This document shows positions 26,827 to 38,800 of a DNA stretch of 64,000 nucleotides, piece after piece (position 1 is the first letter of the stretch; every line of letters starts with the position of its first letter). Under the pieces are notes generated by a model, which was given only the letters and a program-made list of their open reading frames with translations, did no database searches and was not told the DNA's origin. The translations under genes were made by a program, and so were the position numbers. The stretch comes from a virus (Duplodnaviria > Caudoviricetes), in IMG/VR virus record IMGVR_UViG_3300037484_000296, positions 1 through 64,000 of that record; one strand, 5' to 3'.

Positions 26827-29800
26827 ATGCCGATTGTATCGGATAAAGAGTTTGAAGGGATAAGTTCTGCAAAATCAGGCCAGATTCTTGATGAGTCTGA
26901 CTTTATGAAAATTGCCCCAAATGTCCCCAAACCAGATACGGGAGTTGCGTCTATGGAAGCTCAGGCGTCTACCATTCCGCAGCCTAAGCCTGTTGCGAGC
27001 GCTATGCCTGATTTGTCCACTCCCGTACAGCCGACAAGCGCAATGCCGGACTTGAAACCCGACGCGTCCCCTGTTTCCATAAAGAATGTCGCCAAAACAT
27101 TAGGACAGGGCGCAATGGACGTAGCGGGCGGGGTATCCTATCTTTCGCAATTTGTAAATCCTATGGATCTCGTGCTGAAAGCCGCAGGCCGTAAAACCCT
27201 GGGCGAAAGCGGAATGGAGCTTTCCGAGAAGGCAAGTAAGGCGCTGGAAGAATCTATTCCTGAAGCAGAGCGCCCGAGGCCCATTTTCTCCGAGAATACG
27301 AAAATCATCGAACCGATACTCAAGGGAGAACTTCCGACCATTGAGCTTAACCCTGAAGCAAGATTCAGCGACGTATTCATGCAGGGAGTACGGCAGGTTC
27401 CCCAATTTTTCGGAGGCATTGCGGGAAAATCTGAAAAGGCCGTATCTCTTGCGAATACGATTGGACAAAAGGTACTTCCAAAGCTCGGATCAACGCTTGA
27501 GCAGAAAGCTATCAGTATGGCCGAGAAGCACCTTGCTAAAACGGGGATGAATCTCGGTACAGATGCCGCTCGCAAATATGCAGAAAACATAATCGGGCAG
27601 ACCATCATGCAGGCCGGCATCGGAGCGGCGCAAACCGGAGGCATGGACGCTGCTTCAGCCTATACTGATGTAATGAACATGAAGCCTGAAGAGCTTCAGA
27701 GTACAGAATACAAGGACACCTATAACGATCTTCTTGCAAAAGGGCAAAACCCGGAAGACGCTAAGCGAATTCTTGCCAACGGGATTGCAAATCAGGTTTT
27801 TATTAAAACGGCGCCTTCGGGCATTCCGTCTCAACTTTTGGAATTTGTTCTTCCTGAAATATTGCACGGCGGCAGGCTGAAAAGGTCAGTCAAAGGATTC
27901 CTTGCAGGCGCTCCCGGAGAGGCTTTGCAGGAAGGGTACGAGCAGAGAATCCAGAACGTTGAAGAGCAACGGGCTAATCCTGCAATAAATCCAGAACAAG
28001 GCGTAGCAGAATCAATGCTGCTTGGTGGGTTAATGGGCGGTCTTCCGGGTGCCGCGCAGGGATTAAAAGGACGTCCAGAAGCCAAAAAACCGTATGTGCC
28101 GAACCTTGAGAATCAATATTCCCCCGTCTTCCCGGATCTCACGATACCCCCGGCAGATAAAGCCGCTCCCGCAGCCCCGATAGCTGACTTCGATCTTACC
28201 TCCATGCAGCCGACCGAGCGAGGCCAGAAGATAATTTCCGCCATGCCCCAGATGCAGGCGCTCAAGGAAACCACGGCAGCATGGCGACAGGAAGCGGCTC
28301 AGGGCCGTCCGGCACCGTTTACCGGGCCGGGAACGGCAATGCCGCCCATAGATTTGACCGCGCAGGATATCTTGAGCCAGCAGGCAGAACCGCAGGGCCA
28401 GGAAGAGCGTGGCAGGCCCGTTCCGGTAATTCCGTCATATTCTACAGAGCAATTTGAGCCCGGAACGATCATGGACGCGGAAATTCCGACAAGGGAATTT
28501 ACGCCGCCTCCGCCCTCACAATTCGCTTCATCGGTGGAAAAAGCAAGAGCGAAGCAGGGGCCACGTAAACCGCTTGAAATGGCGAGGCCGACAGAAACGG
28601 CCATGCCTGCTTTAGAAGGCGAGATTATGTCCCCGACAGCGAAGCAAGGGGCCGTTCCTTCATTGGAAAGCAACATCATCGAGGGGAAGGCGATTGAAGA
28701 GGATCGGGAACTTACAAGAAAGATAGATCAGGCCGCGTACAAGGCGGAAATGCCGAAGTCGGAAGCTCAAGCCTCTGCCGGAAACTATCGTCAAGGCGCT
28801 ATCGTGCCTGTTCAGGGCCTCAATTTCCGGGCTGAAACCCCGAGGGGCATGTTCCGGGGAGGAAAGAACAAAGACACCGGGGAAGTTTGGCGAACCAAAA
28901 TGGAAGCTCATTATGGAAAATTAATCGACCTCCCCGGCGCTGATGGGGATGCAATGGACGCCTTCATCGGGCCGAAACCGACCTCCCCGACCGTCTTTGT
29001 GGTAAATCAGGTCAACCCGAAGACGAAAGCCTACGACGAAAATAAAATTATGATCGGATGGGATTCTCTCGAATCAGCCAAACAAGCCTATATGGATCAC
29101 TACGCAAAAGGCTGGCAGGGCTTCGGCGGTATCGTTCCCATGACCGCAGAGCAGTTGAAGCAGTGGGCGACCAAAGAGAACGTGAAGAAGCCTGCCCCGA
29201 TGCTCCCGGCACCGGAAGCGAGGAAGGCGCTACCAGCGCCAGAAATTGCAGGGAAGCCGACAAGTGCAATGCCGGAAAGCTTACAATTGCCGCCCGAAAG
29301 GTTGTCAATTCCCGATCAAAAGGTTGTCAAAAGGCCGGTCCAGGCAGAGCAGAAGGCACTCCCAGCGCCGGAGCCCGTTTCACCGCCCGTTGAAACCGCC
29401 CCGGACAGTGAAACCAAGCCCTCTTTCGACGAACCCCGCGCAAAGAAGCTGATCGAAAAGCAGGGCATGATTTACAAGGGAACGCAGGAAGACGCTGACG
29501 GGAACCCGGTGGACGTTTTATTTAACGATCCTCAGACCGACAACGCAACCTACACGCTCCCGGTCGGCAAAGTAAACGCCATGACCATCGCCCGGAAGAT
29601 CCGAGAGAAGAGGGCAGAGTTTGCGAAAGCGCAGAAACCACAAGAAAAGGTTGTGGAACCGGAGAAAAAAGAAACTCCAATTGTCAAGGAATCCTTACAA
29701 GTTGGCTCCACCGTCCGCGTAGGGAACTCCCCTGAAGTGCATACTATTGAGAGAGAACTTCCCCAAACTGAATCCGAAAAGGAACTCGGAGAAAAGTATT

Positions 29801-32800
29801 TTGACGTAAAGAACTCTAAAGGAGAGATCGATACTTACGAGGCAAAGGATTTAAAGCCCGTAAAAGTAGCGGAGAAAAAAGAGGAGGTGGAAGGCGGCTC
29901 GAAAGTCAGGACGATCCACGCTCTCATTGAATCCGGCGACAAGGAAATTACCCGCAAGGAAATAGCGAACCTCTACGAAGTGAAGCAGAAGCAGCTTTAC
30001 AAAGGCCACATCATGACCGCCGGGGATGTTATCAGGGATTACCTGAAGCCGAACGGGATTAAGGTTGTGGGGAAGAAGACGGAGAAGCCATCTATAAAGA
30101 CAACTTTAACAGTTGCCGGGAAAGGAGGGACGCCGAATGAAAAAGCAGTGCGACAAGAAGATGCCGATGATGCCGCAGCCGAAGCCGGGCAAAAAGAAAA
30201 AGTAGCGACGACAACAGTAAAGTTGGGCGGGAAAACTGAGAAAACGGCCATGCCGGACACCGCCCAGACTTCACATTTTCAAAAACTCAAAAAAGAACTT
30301 GCCTCGCTTAAAGGTAAGAATGACGAACAATCTCAGAAGCGCAGGGTTAACATCCTAGACGAACTCGAATCGTACCAGGAAGAAACTGCGCCTACTCCTG
30401 AAAAAATAAAGTCAGACAGGCAGGCCGCGGATGAATTTTTAAAGAAAAAACTCACTGAATCCCAGATAGCCGGGGTAGCCGTCCGTCAGCAGGAAGAAAT
30501 CCCGAAAGAGGTTGTGAAGGATGCAGTCGAGGCCGCTCCCGGAACGACCGCAAAGGAACTCAAGGCTCAAAAGAAATTCCTGATCGAGCATGTTGACGAG
30601 GCGATTAAGGATGCGCCGGAAGAAATCGAAGGGCTTGACCGAAAAGTTCAGCAAATTAATGACATAAATAATAAAGCAAAAGCGGCTTACGACAAAGCTG
30701 CGAATCTTCGCCACTACAAGAAAGATGAAGATCAAGTACAAAAGTTGTTCTCTGAACGAGAAGCATTTCATAGGCAGGCGCGTGAGATTCAGGCAACTAT
30801 CCCATCCGTAACCATAGAAGTCCCAAATGACGGAAACTTTACCGTATACAATGATAAAGCTACGCTCAAGAAGTTCAAAGAAATTGTAGCGAAGCAATTC
30901 CCGACGACGCCCGAGAAGGCGAAGAACTTGACGCAGCCTAGTGGGAAGGCGAGGGGATACCGAGCTCCGTCAGAACTGGAAGAGGGTATAGACTTCAAGC
31001 TGAATGGAAAGCCTGCATATACTAACGGGCACCTTTTGCTTCTTGGAGAGACAAAGGCGATCCCCGAAACTCTAGCGAAAAGATGGGGCGGGGCAGACAA
31101 AGAGACAAACCAGGAAAACCGCGAACGTCTCGCGGAGCAAGCAAAAAGACTTTTCGCGGAAAACGCAGAAAAAGCGAAGTTGCCCGTTGGCAAGATCAAA
31201 TTCGTCGCGATTGACGAAAAGCCATACAATCCGGCAGATAAGAAGAACGACTTCCCTTACGGAGTGGCCGATTATCCAATTAGAGGGGAGAAGCAAAGTA
31301 CTACAGTTCTTATTTCTGGTGACGTGTCAAACGCGATCAGCACAGACTATTACCAGCACATCATAGACCACTACCCAGATGCAACGTTTAAAATCGGCGT
31401 GGAAATGTCTAAGGGCGACAATATATCCCCGGTCGGCGTCTACAGTAAAGGCAAACACGCAGGCATAGTTATGCCGTGGCGCTCGTCCGACGCGGTACAG
31501 ATTGCCCGCGAACACATGCAGGAAGAAAGCGCAAGCGGAAAGACGGAGAGCGTGAAGGCCCCTAAACAGGAAGAGATAAAGTCCGAGGCCCCGAGGGAAG
31601 CGCCAAAATACGCCTCAAGGGATTCCGACTTCACCAAAATCTCCGACTATATAAGCAAGAACTACGGCTCAAAAGTCAACATTCCCGCCTTCACTTCCAA
31701 GTTGCGGGAAATGGTAAAAAGTGCTACAATTACGGCAGAAAACGCGGAGAAAGTAATAGCTCGCCTGAAAGCAACAGGTGAAGTTACTATCCCCAAGTCG
31801 CAAGTGCTTGAAATAGCGGCAGAAGAGGGAAGCAATGTCACAAGACAAATCAAAGCCGAAAGATCGGGAGATAACTTGCGGGTCCCAGAGTCTTATGGCC
31901 CGCTCGAACTCGAAGCATTCCGCTTGGTTGAAGAAGATTTGGGGCGCACCATTGCCCCCTCTTCCAGAATCAGCCCAATCCAAAAACAAGTAGCAGGCGA
32001 ATGGGAAAAATTCACCGGCACGAAGATTCTTTTTGCCAACAGCAATAACATTCCTTTCGATGGTGCAGTCCCGAAAAAGGGTTACATCATTGTCTCTGAC
32101 GCACTCGATACGCCTCAACTCCTTTCAAAAGTAATCGGTCACGAACTGTTCCATAACATCGAACACGTAGCGAAACTGTCTCCTGAACTCGAAGCCAAGT
32201 ATAAGAACTTTTCCGAGATTGCCAGAAGGCTTATAACCGACGCCAAAGTAAAAGAGTTTATGGAGGTCGAGAATAAGAAGCGTGTAAATCGTCTCGGCAT
32301 GAAGCAGCTTGAGACCGTCGAAGAGGCATGGAGCGAATATGGCGCTCACATTCTGGGAGACGCGATTCGAGACAAGCGATTCTATGAGCGCATGTATCAG
32401 CAGGATCGTAACCTATTTGAAAAGTTTGTTGACTACATTGTAGGAGTATTCAAGAAATTAAAAATCCTTTCTCCTGATGTGGTAGAGAGTGAATATTACT
32501 CCCCCGAACAGGCGGTAAGGCTTATTAATGAATCTTCGGATTTGTTTGCTCAGTATCTTCGGGTAAAAGATGATTTCGGGGTAGTGTCCGGGGAGAGTGC
32601 GCAGGGTCCGGCGTATTCGACGAAACCAAATCAGAAATCACTTGATTCAATTGTGGGCAAATGGGAAAAACTTGGAGTCGCAATAGACGCTTTTGACTAT
32701 CGCAACAAAAAGAATACTCGCATCCCTCGTCAATTATTGTCGATTAACCGAATTGAGGTAGACAGAGACAAGCGCAAGCGCGGACTCGGCACTATGGCGA

Positions 32801-35800
32801 TGCACGACCTGACAGATTTTGCTGATGAGAATGGATTGCGCATCGAGCTTTCCCCGGATGATAGTTTGGGGGCTACGTCAAAAGGCAGGCTCAAAGAATT
32901 CTACAAGCGTTTCGGATTTGTAGAAAACAAAGGGCGCAATAAAGATTTCCGCACTTCGGCAACAATGTACCGTGAAGCTATCACCGCTGAAGGCCAACCC
33001 CTCTACGCCGCTCAAGGCATAGCAGGAAAAGGTATGTCTAAACACGATGCAATTTTCGAGATGAAGAAGTTGGATATCGACTTTGACAATCTGGAAAATT
33101 TTGTCGTTGTGGAAAATGAAGCGAGACTTCCCGAAAACATTCAGAATGATATGTTGTCTAAAGGCCTTTCTGGGACTATTGAAGGGGCCTATGACGCTGA
33201 CGCGAATGCTTTCTATATCATCGCGGGGAATATAGCCTCGGAGAAAAGATTGCAGCAAGTTGTTCAGCATGAGTTAGTTCATAAGGGTCTTCGTAACGTT
33301 CTCGGTCCCAGAATCGAACCCATATTCACCGCGATAGGGAAAAAGTACAGAAACGAAATTCGGGAAATTGCAGACGAATATAACCTGAACGTAAACAAGA
33401 AGACAGAAATGCTCACGGCAGTAGATGAGTTTATAGCCCGATACGGCGAAGAGTACAAGGAACAACCGCTAATCAAACGAATGATCGCAATAGTCCGTAG
33501 CTGGCTTAGGAACCACGGCTTCACAGTAGACTGGTCAGACAACGATATTCTTAACCTTGCCGGTGCCGCCCTTAAAGCCGAGGGCATGGGAGAAGGGGTA
33601 AGGTACTCGTTTGCCGGGAAGAAAGCAAAGGGATTCAACGAGGCTCAAGGGAAGTTCTCCGACCTTGCGGACAGGCAGGAGAGGTTTGAGATTGATGATA
33701 ACAAGGCAGAACTGCAAAATATTAAACTTGATAGCGAAGGAGTAGCGAATAGAACTATTTTACTTTCTGAAGTGCTTAGCCATGCCGAACTCTTTAAGGC
33801 GTATCCTGAATTTAAAAGTATGCTGACAAATATCAGTATTGACCCTAGCCTAGAAGAGAGCAATGGACGATTTGACGAGGGAACGCCTGACACTAAAAGG
33901 TATTTTGGCCGCGAACCTGAAATAACAGTGAATGCTCGTAATTTGGAAGAAGCAAAAGATGTCCTGCTGCATGAAATACAACACGCACTTCAAGTAAGGG
34001 AGAATTTCGCAAAGGGCGGAATGCCAACGGTGGGGGGAGCAACGGAGTTGAAAGACCGCTTTGAAGAAATGCAAGACGAGTATAATCGTTTGAAGAAAAA
34101 ACTGTGGGCCGAGCGAACGACAAGAGAAAATGCACGATTTGGTACGCTTGAGAATGAAATACGATTGCTCGCCAAGAGACTTGAAGGAGAATCAGTTGAT
34201 CGATATCGCCGCCTCTCCGGCGAAGAAGAAGCCCGTCGCGTCTCCGCTCGCGCCGACATGACCGCAGAAGAAAGGCTTGGCACTCCTTACGAACGTACTG
34301 ACCTTAGAGAAGGAGAAGAGAGGATCGTCAGGAGAGAGGGAGGGGTTGCGGAATCTAAAGAATCTGGTAAAATACCCCCCATGACCCCAAAGAAGGGGGC
34401 GGGCGAAAAACCCACTGAGAAAAACCCTGTAACGCCCGGAAGTGGGAATCAAGTTTATCGGTCGCGAGGTCCTGAAGATGCGCAATTAATGCGCGAAGAA
34501 GACCCGAACGGAAGTCTTGCAAACTACGATAAGCAAAGTCAGCGTGAATGGCTACGCGGCGCCAACCCCCCGTCGGATGGTAAAATTACGCTGTATCGCG
34601 CAACGCCGGAAGGAAAAGAAATTGCAGCGGGGGATTATGTAACAAGCAGCCGCAAGTACGCCGAGGACCATATTAAAAACAATCTCGGAGGTGAGGGTAA
34701 GATATCGCAAATCAGCGCAACGCTTGATGATATTTATCCTGCCGATGGGCCGGGAGAGTTTTGGTACGCTCCAAAAAACATCCTCACTGAAAAACCCGAG
34801 AGCAAGCCCGAGGGTGGGAAGTGGACGGCAAAGGGATGGGTAGTTGATTTTAACCCACAGCCTATACTTGATAAGTATGGCCTCAAAAATGGCGATGAAG
34901 ATATTTTACAAAAATTCGCAGGTGAAGGCGGGTTTATAAGCGATCTTTCTCGCTCTCAAGGGGAAAGGTACAACGGCTTAGAGCAGCAAGGTTTTATAGA
35001 AAGGAAGCATCAGGACGTTGGCCCTGGGGAATTAATGGGACAAGGTTTCCCGGCCAAAGAAGTTGATAGGATGATATTGACTGACAGGGGAAGAGAACTC
35101 TTGTCAGGGATTAAGCGTGTCCACCGGGAAGCGGAGAAGAAATTTTTCGATCAATTAGCGTCCTCTGACTCCCCCCGGTCGCCACAGTCGGGCGACCAAG
35201 CAGCACTCTCACGTTCATTTCAGGAAGGAGAAGAAAATGTGCAAGGTAATGAAGGCTTGCCAGAATCCCAACCCGGAATGGGTGAGGTTTATGGAGAGCC
35301 TGGCGCGGGAAGAGAGGGAGTTAATAAACTCAGGCCCGCTTCTGTCGGGAGCGAGCAAGGAGATAGACGAGAGGATAGAACTACTAGAGGCGCTAATGGG
35401 CCGATACTTAGCAACCCGTCCTTCCGCAAATGGTTTGGAAACTCTGTAGTCACCGTGGATGGGAAGGCGGGATCGGAGCCGCTGGTGGTGTATCATGGAA
35501 GCCCGATAAAAGGGTTTGAACAATTTGATAAAAACAAAATAAATCCATATGACCCTGATGGCCCGTATAATGGATTTTATTTTACCTCAGACGAGAAAGA
35601 CGCACGGCGCTCAGGAGACTTCCCGTGGGGCAGGCCCAATACAAAAGGGGGCGGGGAAACGAGAGCGTATTATTTAGCCCTCCAGAATCCCGCGACAAGA
35701 AGCTACGCTCGTAAAGTGGCAAATGAAATTGCAAATACTTGGGAACAAAAGTATCCAGAAGCACGGTCCTTGAATGACGCCGTTAGAATGGATTTGCAGA

Positions 35801-38800
35801 CTCGTGGACACGATGGGATAATTCACGAACCCTATTTTGTTCCGAGCAAAGAAGAATTTGAGCGTAGCGGTAAGGTTTCACTGAACAAGTTTGGTCGAGA
35901 ATTAAGAAAAAGCGAAGAATATCCGGGCGGAGTGGACCTGTATAGCGGGAATGAACATATAACCGGGTATACAGATTTTAATGAAGCTGCGGATATGAAC
36001 AGGCACGGGGTGTTTATTGCTTTTGAACCCACTCAAATCAAATCCGCAACCGGGAACACTGGAGAATTCTCCCCTGAGAACCCCAATATTCTTTACTCCA
36101 AAGCCCGTGGCGCGAAGGTGGCGAGTGAGGCTACCGAAAAACTAACTCCTTATTCAGCAAAGCCGGAAAACAATATTTTCACGGAAATAGCGAGCAACCC
36201 AAAACGGTTCTACAGATCATACCGTCAGTCATTCGCGGATAACGATCTTTCTAAGCTGGAAAGATTGATCGGCCTCCCGCACTGGATTGCCAAAAATTTT
36301 GCAGACTTCGACCGGGTGATGGATGTTGAAGAGATCCGACAAGAAAACAGGGACACCCTGAGAAACGGACTGCTTTCGGCAAGGATCAAGAAGAACAAAG
36401 ACGGAATGCACGAATTCCTTGCCCTCCCGAAAGAGTCAAAGAAGAAGGTTGAAAAGTACCTACTTAAGTCCGACAAGGAAAATAGGGTGATGAATCCCGA
36501 CGAATTGAAGGGGCTCGATACCGAAAGCAAATCGGCCTACTATTCTTGGAAGCGGGCTATGGATGCGGCGCTTGAACTTCGTATGCAGTGGCTTGAAAAA
36601 ATGAACCTGCTTCCTTACGAGGACAAGTCCTGGTTCGAATCGCTCAAAAACGTCACATCTCAAAAGGGAAAGAAGAATAGGGATAAAACTAAAAAACAGG
36701 TACTTTCATCAATACCGGAAGATAGCCATAGAGCTTTCAACGAAGCCTATAACGCGGTGATTTTCGGGAGAACCGAGATTGCCAAGATGCGCAGACAGAT
36801 AGGCCGAATCAAGTTCTATGTGCCCCATCAGAGAGAAGGAAATTATGTAGTTGACGTTCATGATCCGAGAGTAGCAAAGCCGACTGAATGGAATGAGAAG
36901 TTCATGGGTCCGTGGAAGGGAAGGCTCATTTGGTCGGAAAGATCTACAAATAAGGTCAAGGGAACAGAGACCCTGCTGAGACTTCAGCAAAAGTTTCCGG
37001 GCATGAAGATGTCTGAATACGTTTCAAAACAAGTGCCGGAAGAGATTTATCAGGCGATTTCCGAGGCAGCCATTGAAAGGTTCGTCGAGGGCAGTTTGAA
37101 ACGCGCCGAATCCAAGGAAGGGGTATCTCCTGAAGCGGCTCACGCTCTTAGAAATGCGCTCTTTGAAACCGTAACCGACGACCTCAGAAAGCGGGGATGG
37201 GAGAGACACGCTATTCATCGGTCGGAAACATGGGTCGGCGGATATGAAACGGAAAATCTTGACAAGGCTTTTGTTGATTACATGTCCGGGCTGTCCGGGT
37301 CTTTGACAAAGATGGAAGCGGCGTATAGATATACTCAAGCATTAAAGCAAATCGACAAGAAAAAGACCGAACTCTACGCCTATGCGCAGAATTACGTTAA
37401 AAACCTGACCCGAAACCAGACGGATATCGACCGAAAAGTAGGAAAAGCAAAAGCGGCGGCGTTTTTCATGTATATTACCGGGAAATTAAGTATGGTGCCT
37501 ATCCAGCTTACGCAGAACTTCGTTACAGGCATTCCCCAGCTTGGACGCTACACAAGGGGCGCGGGAAGGAAATACAGCAAAGCTATGGCCGACGTAGCGA
37601 CGCAGGGGCGCATTTCTAAGCTTTCCCCTGTCGAGCAAGCTGCTTTAAAGGACTTTCACGACAAGGGATTAGATCAAGCGAAATTCTTAAACGACATTAT
37701 GGGTCAGGTAGACGGCTATACGAAGGGAGCTTGGAATAAGGTTAACCGGGGACTCGGATTGCCCTTTTTCGCAATGGAACATTTTAACCGAAAATCTGCT
37801 TTTCTTGCGGCATACCGTGTTTTTGAGAATAAAAAAAACATCGACAATGAAAAGGGCTATGACGCAGGGGCCTTTAAGAGAGCTACAGATTTTGTACACG
37901 ATACCCATTTTCAGATGGGAAGGGCAAATAAGCCTGAATTGGCAGCCGGGCCGGGGCCAGGCGGGGCATTGCTTAATGCGGCATATACCTTCAACTCCTT
38001 CTCTCACAACTTCGTACTATCTCTCGCGGATGGGTTTAGGACGGGGAACGCAAAAGAGGGGGGATTATTGGCGCTCAGAAGTCTTTTTTGGCTTACTATA
38101 CTTGGCGGAATGACCTCAATACCCTGGTGGGATGACTTTTTGGATATCATGGAGAAACAATTCGGCTGGACTACACGGGCGACCGAGCGAAAATTCCTTC
38201 GAACTATCGGCGGGGAAACGCTGGAAACTTTCGGCATGCACGGGCTCCCGGCGCTTCTTGGATTTGACCTGTCGGGAAGCATGAAAACCGCGATCCCATT
38301 CCATGAGGGAGTTTCCGAGACCGCTATGGGGGTTTATGGTGGACTTCTGGAAAAACTGTCGAGGGGGGCAAAGTCATTCAATCGGGGAGACTATTGGAGG
38401 GCGGCTGAACAGTGGAGCCCGTTATTCCTTGAAAACGCCATGAAGGGCGTAAGAATGTATGGAGAGCCTGCCACCACTCCGGGCGGCAGAATAGTTTATG
38501 ATGCGGAAGGAAATCCGATAACCTTGAACGCAAAGGAGGCCGCAGGACAATTCTTTGGGATCAGGCCGGAAAAGGTATCCACAGCGCAGGCCAAGCGGCA
38601 GGAAATGATAAATACCGTCACCTACTACGCGGAACAGAAACAAGCGATCTACGATGAATTTGCGCTGGCTAATACCGCAGAGAAGCGAGCGAGAGTCATG
38701 AAAAAAGTGCGACAGTTCAATAGTAAAGTGAAAGACTTGAAAGGAGCGGTGCCGCTTATTACGGCGGCAACTTTAAGGCAGTCAATTATGAGAAAGCGCA

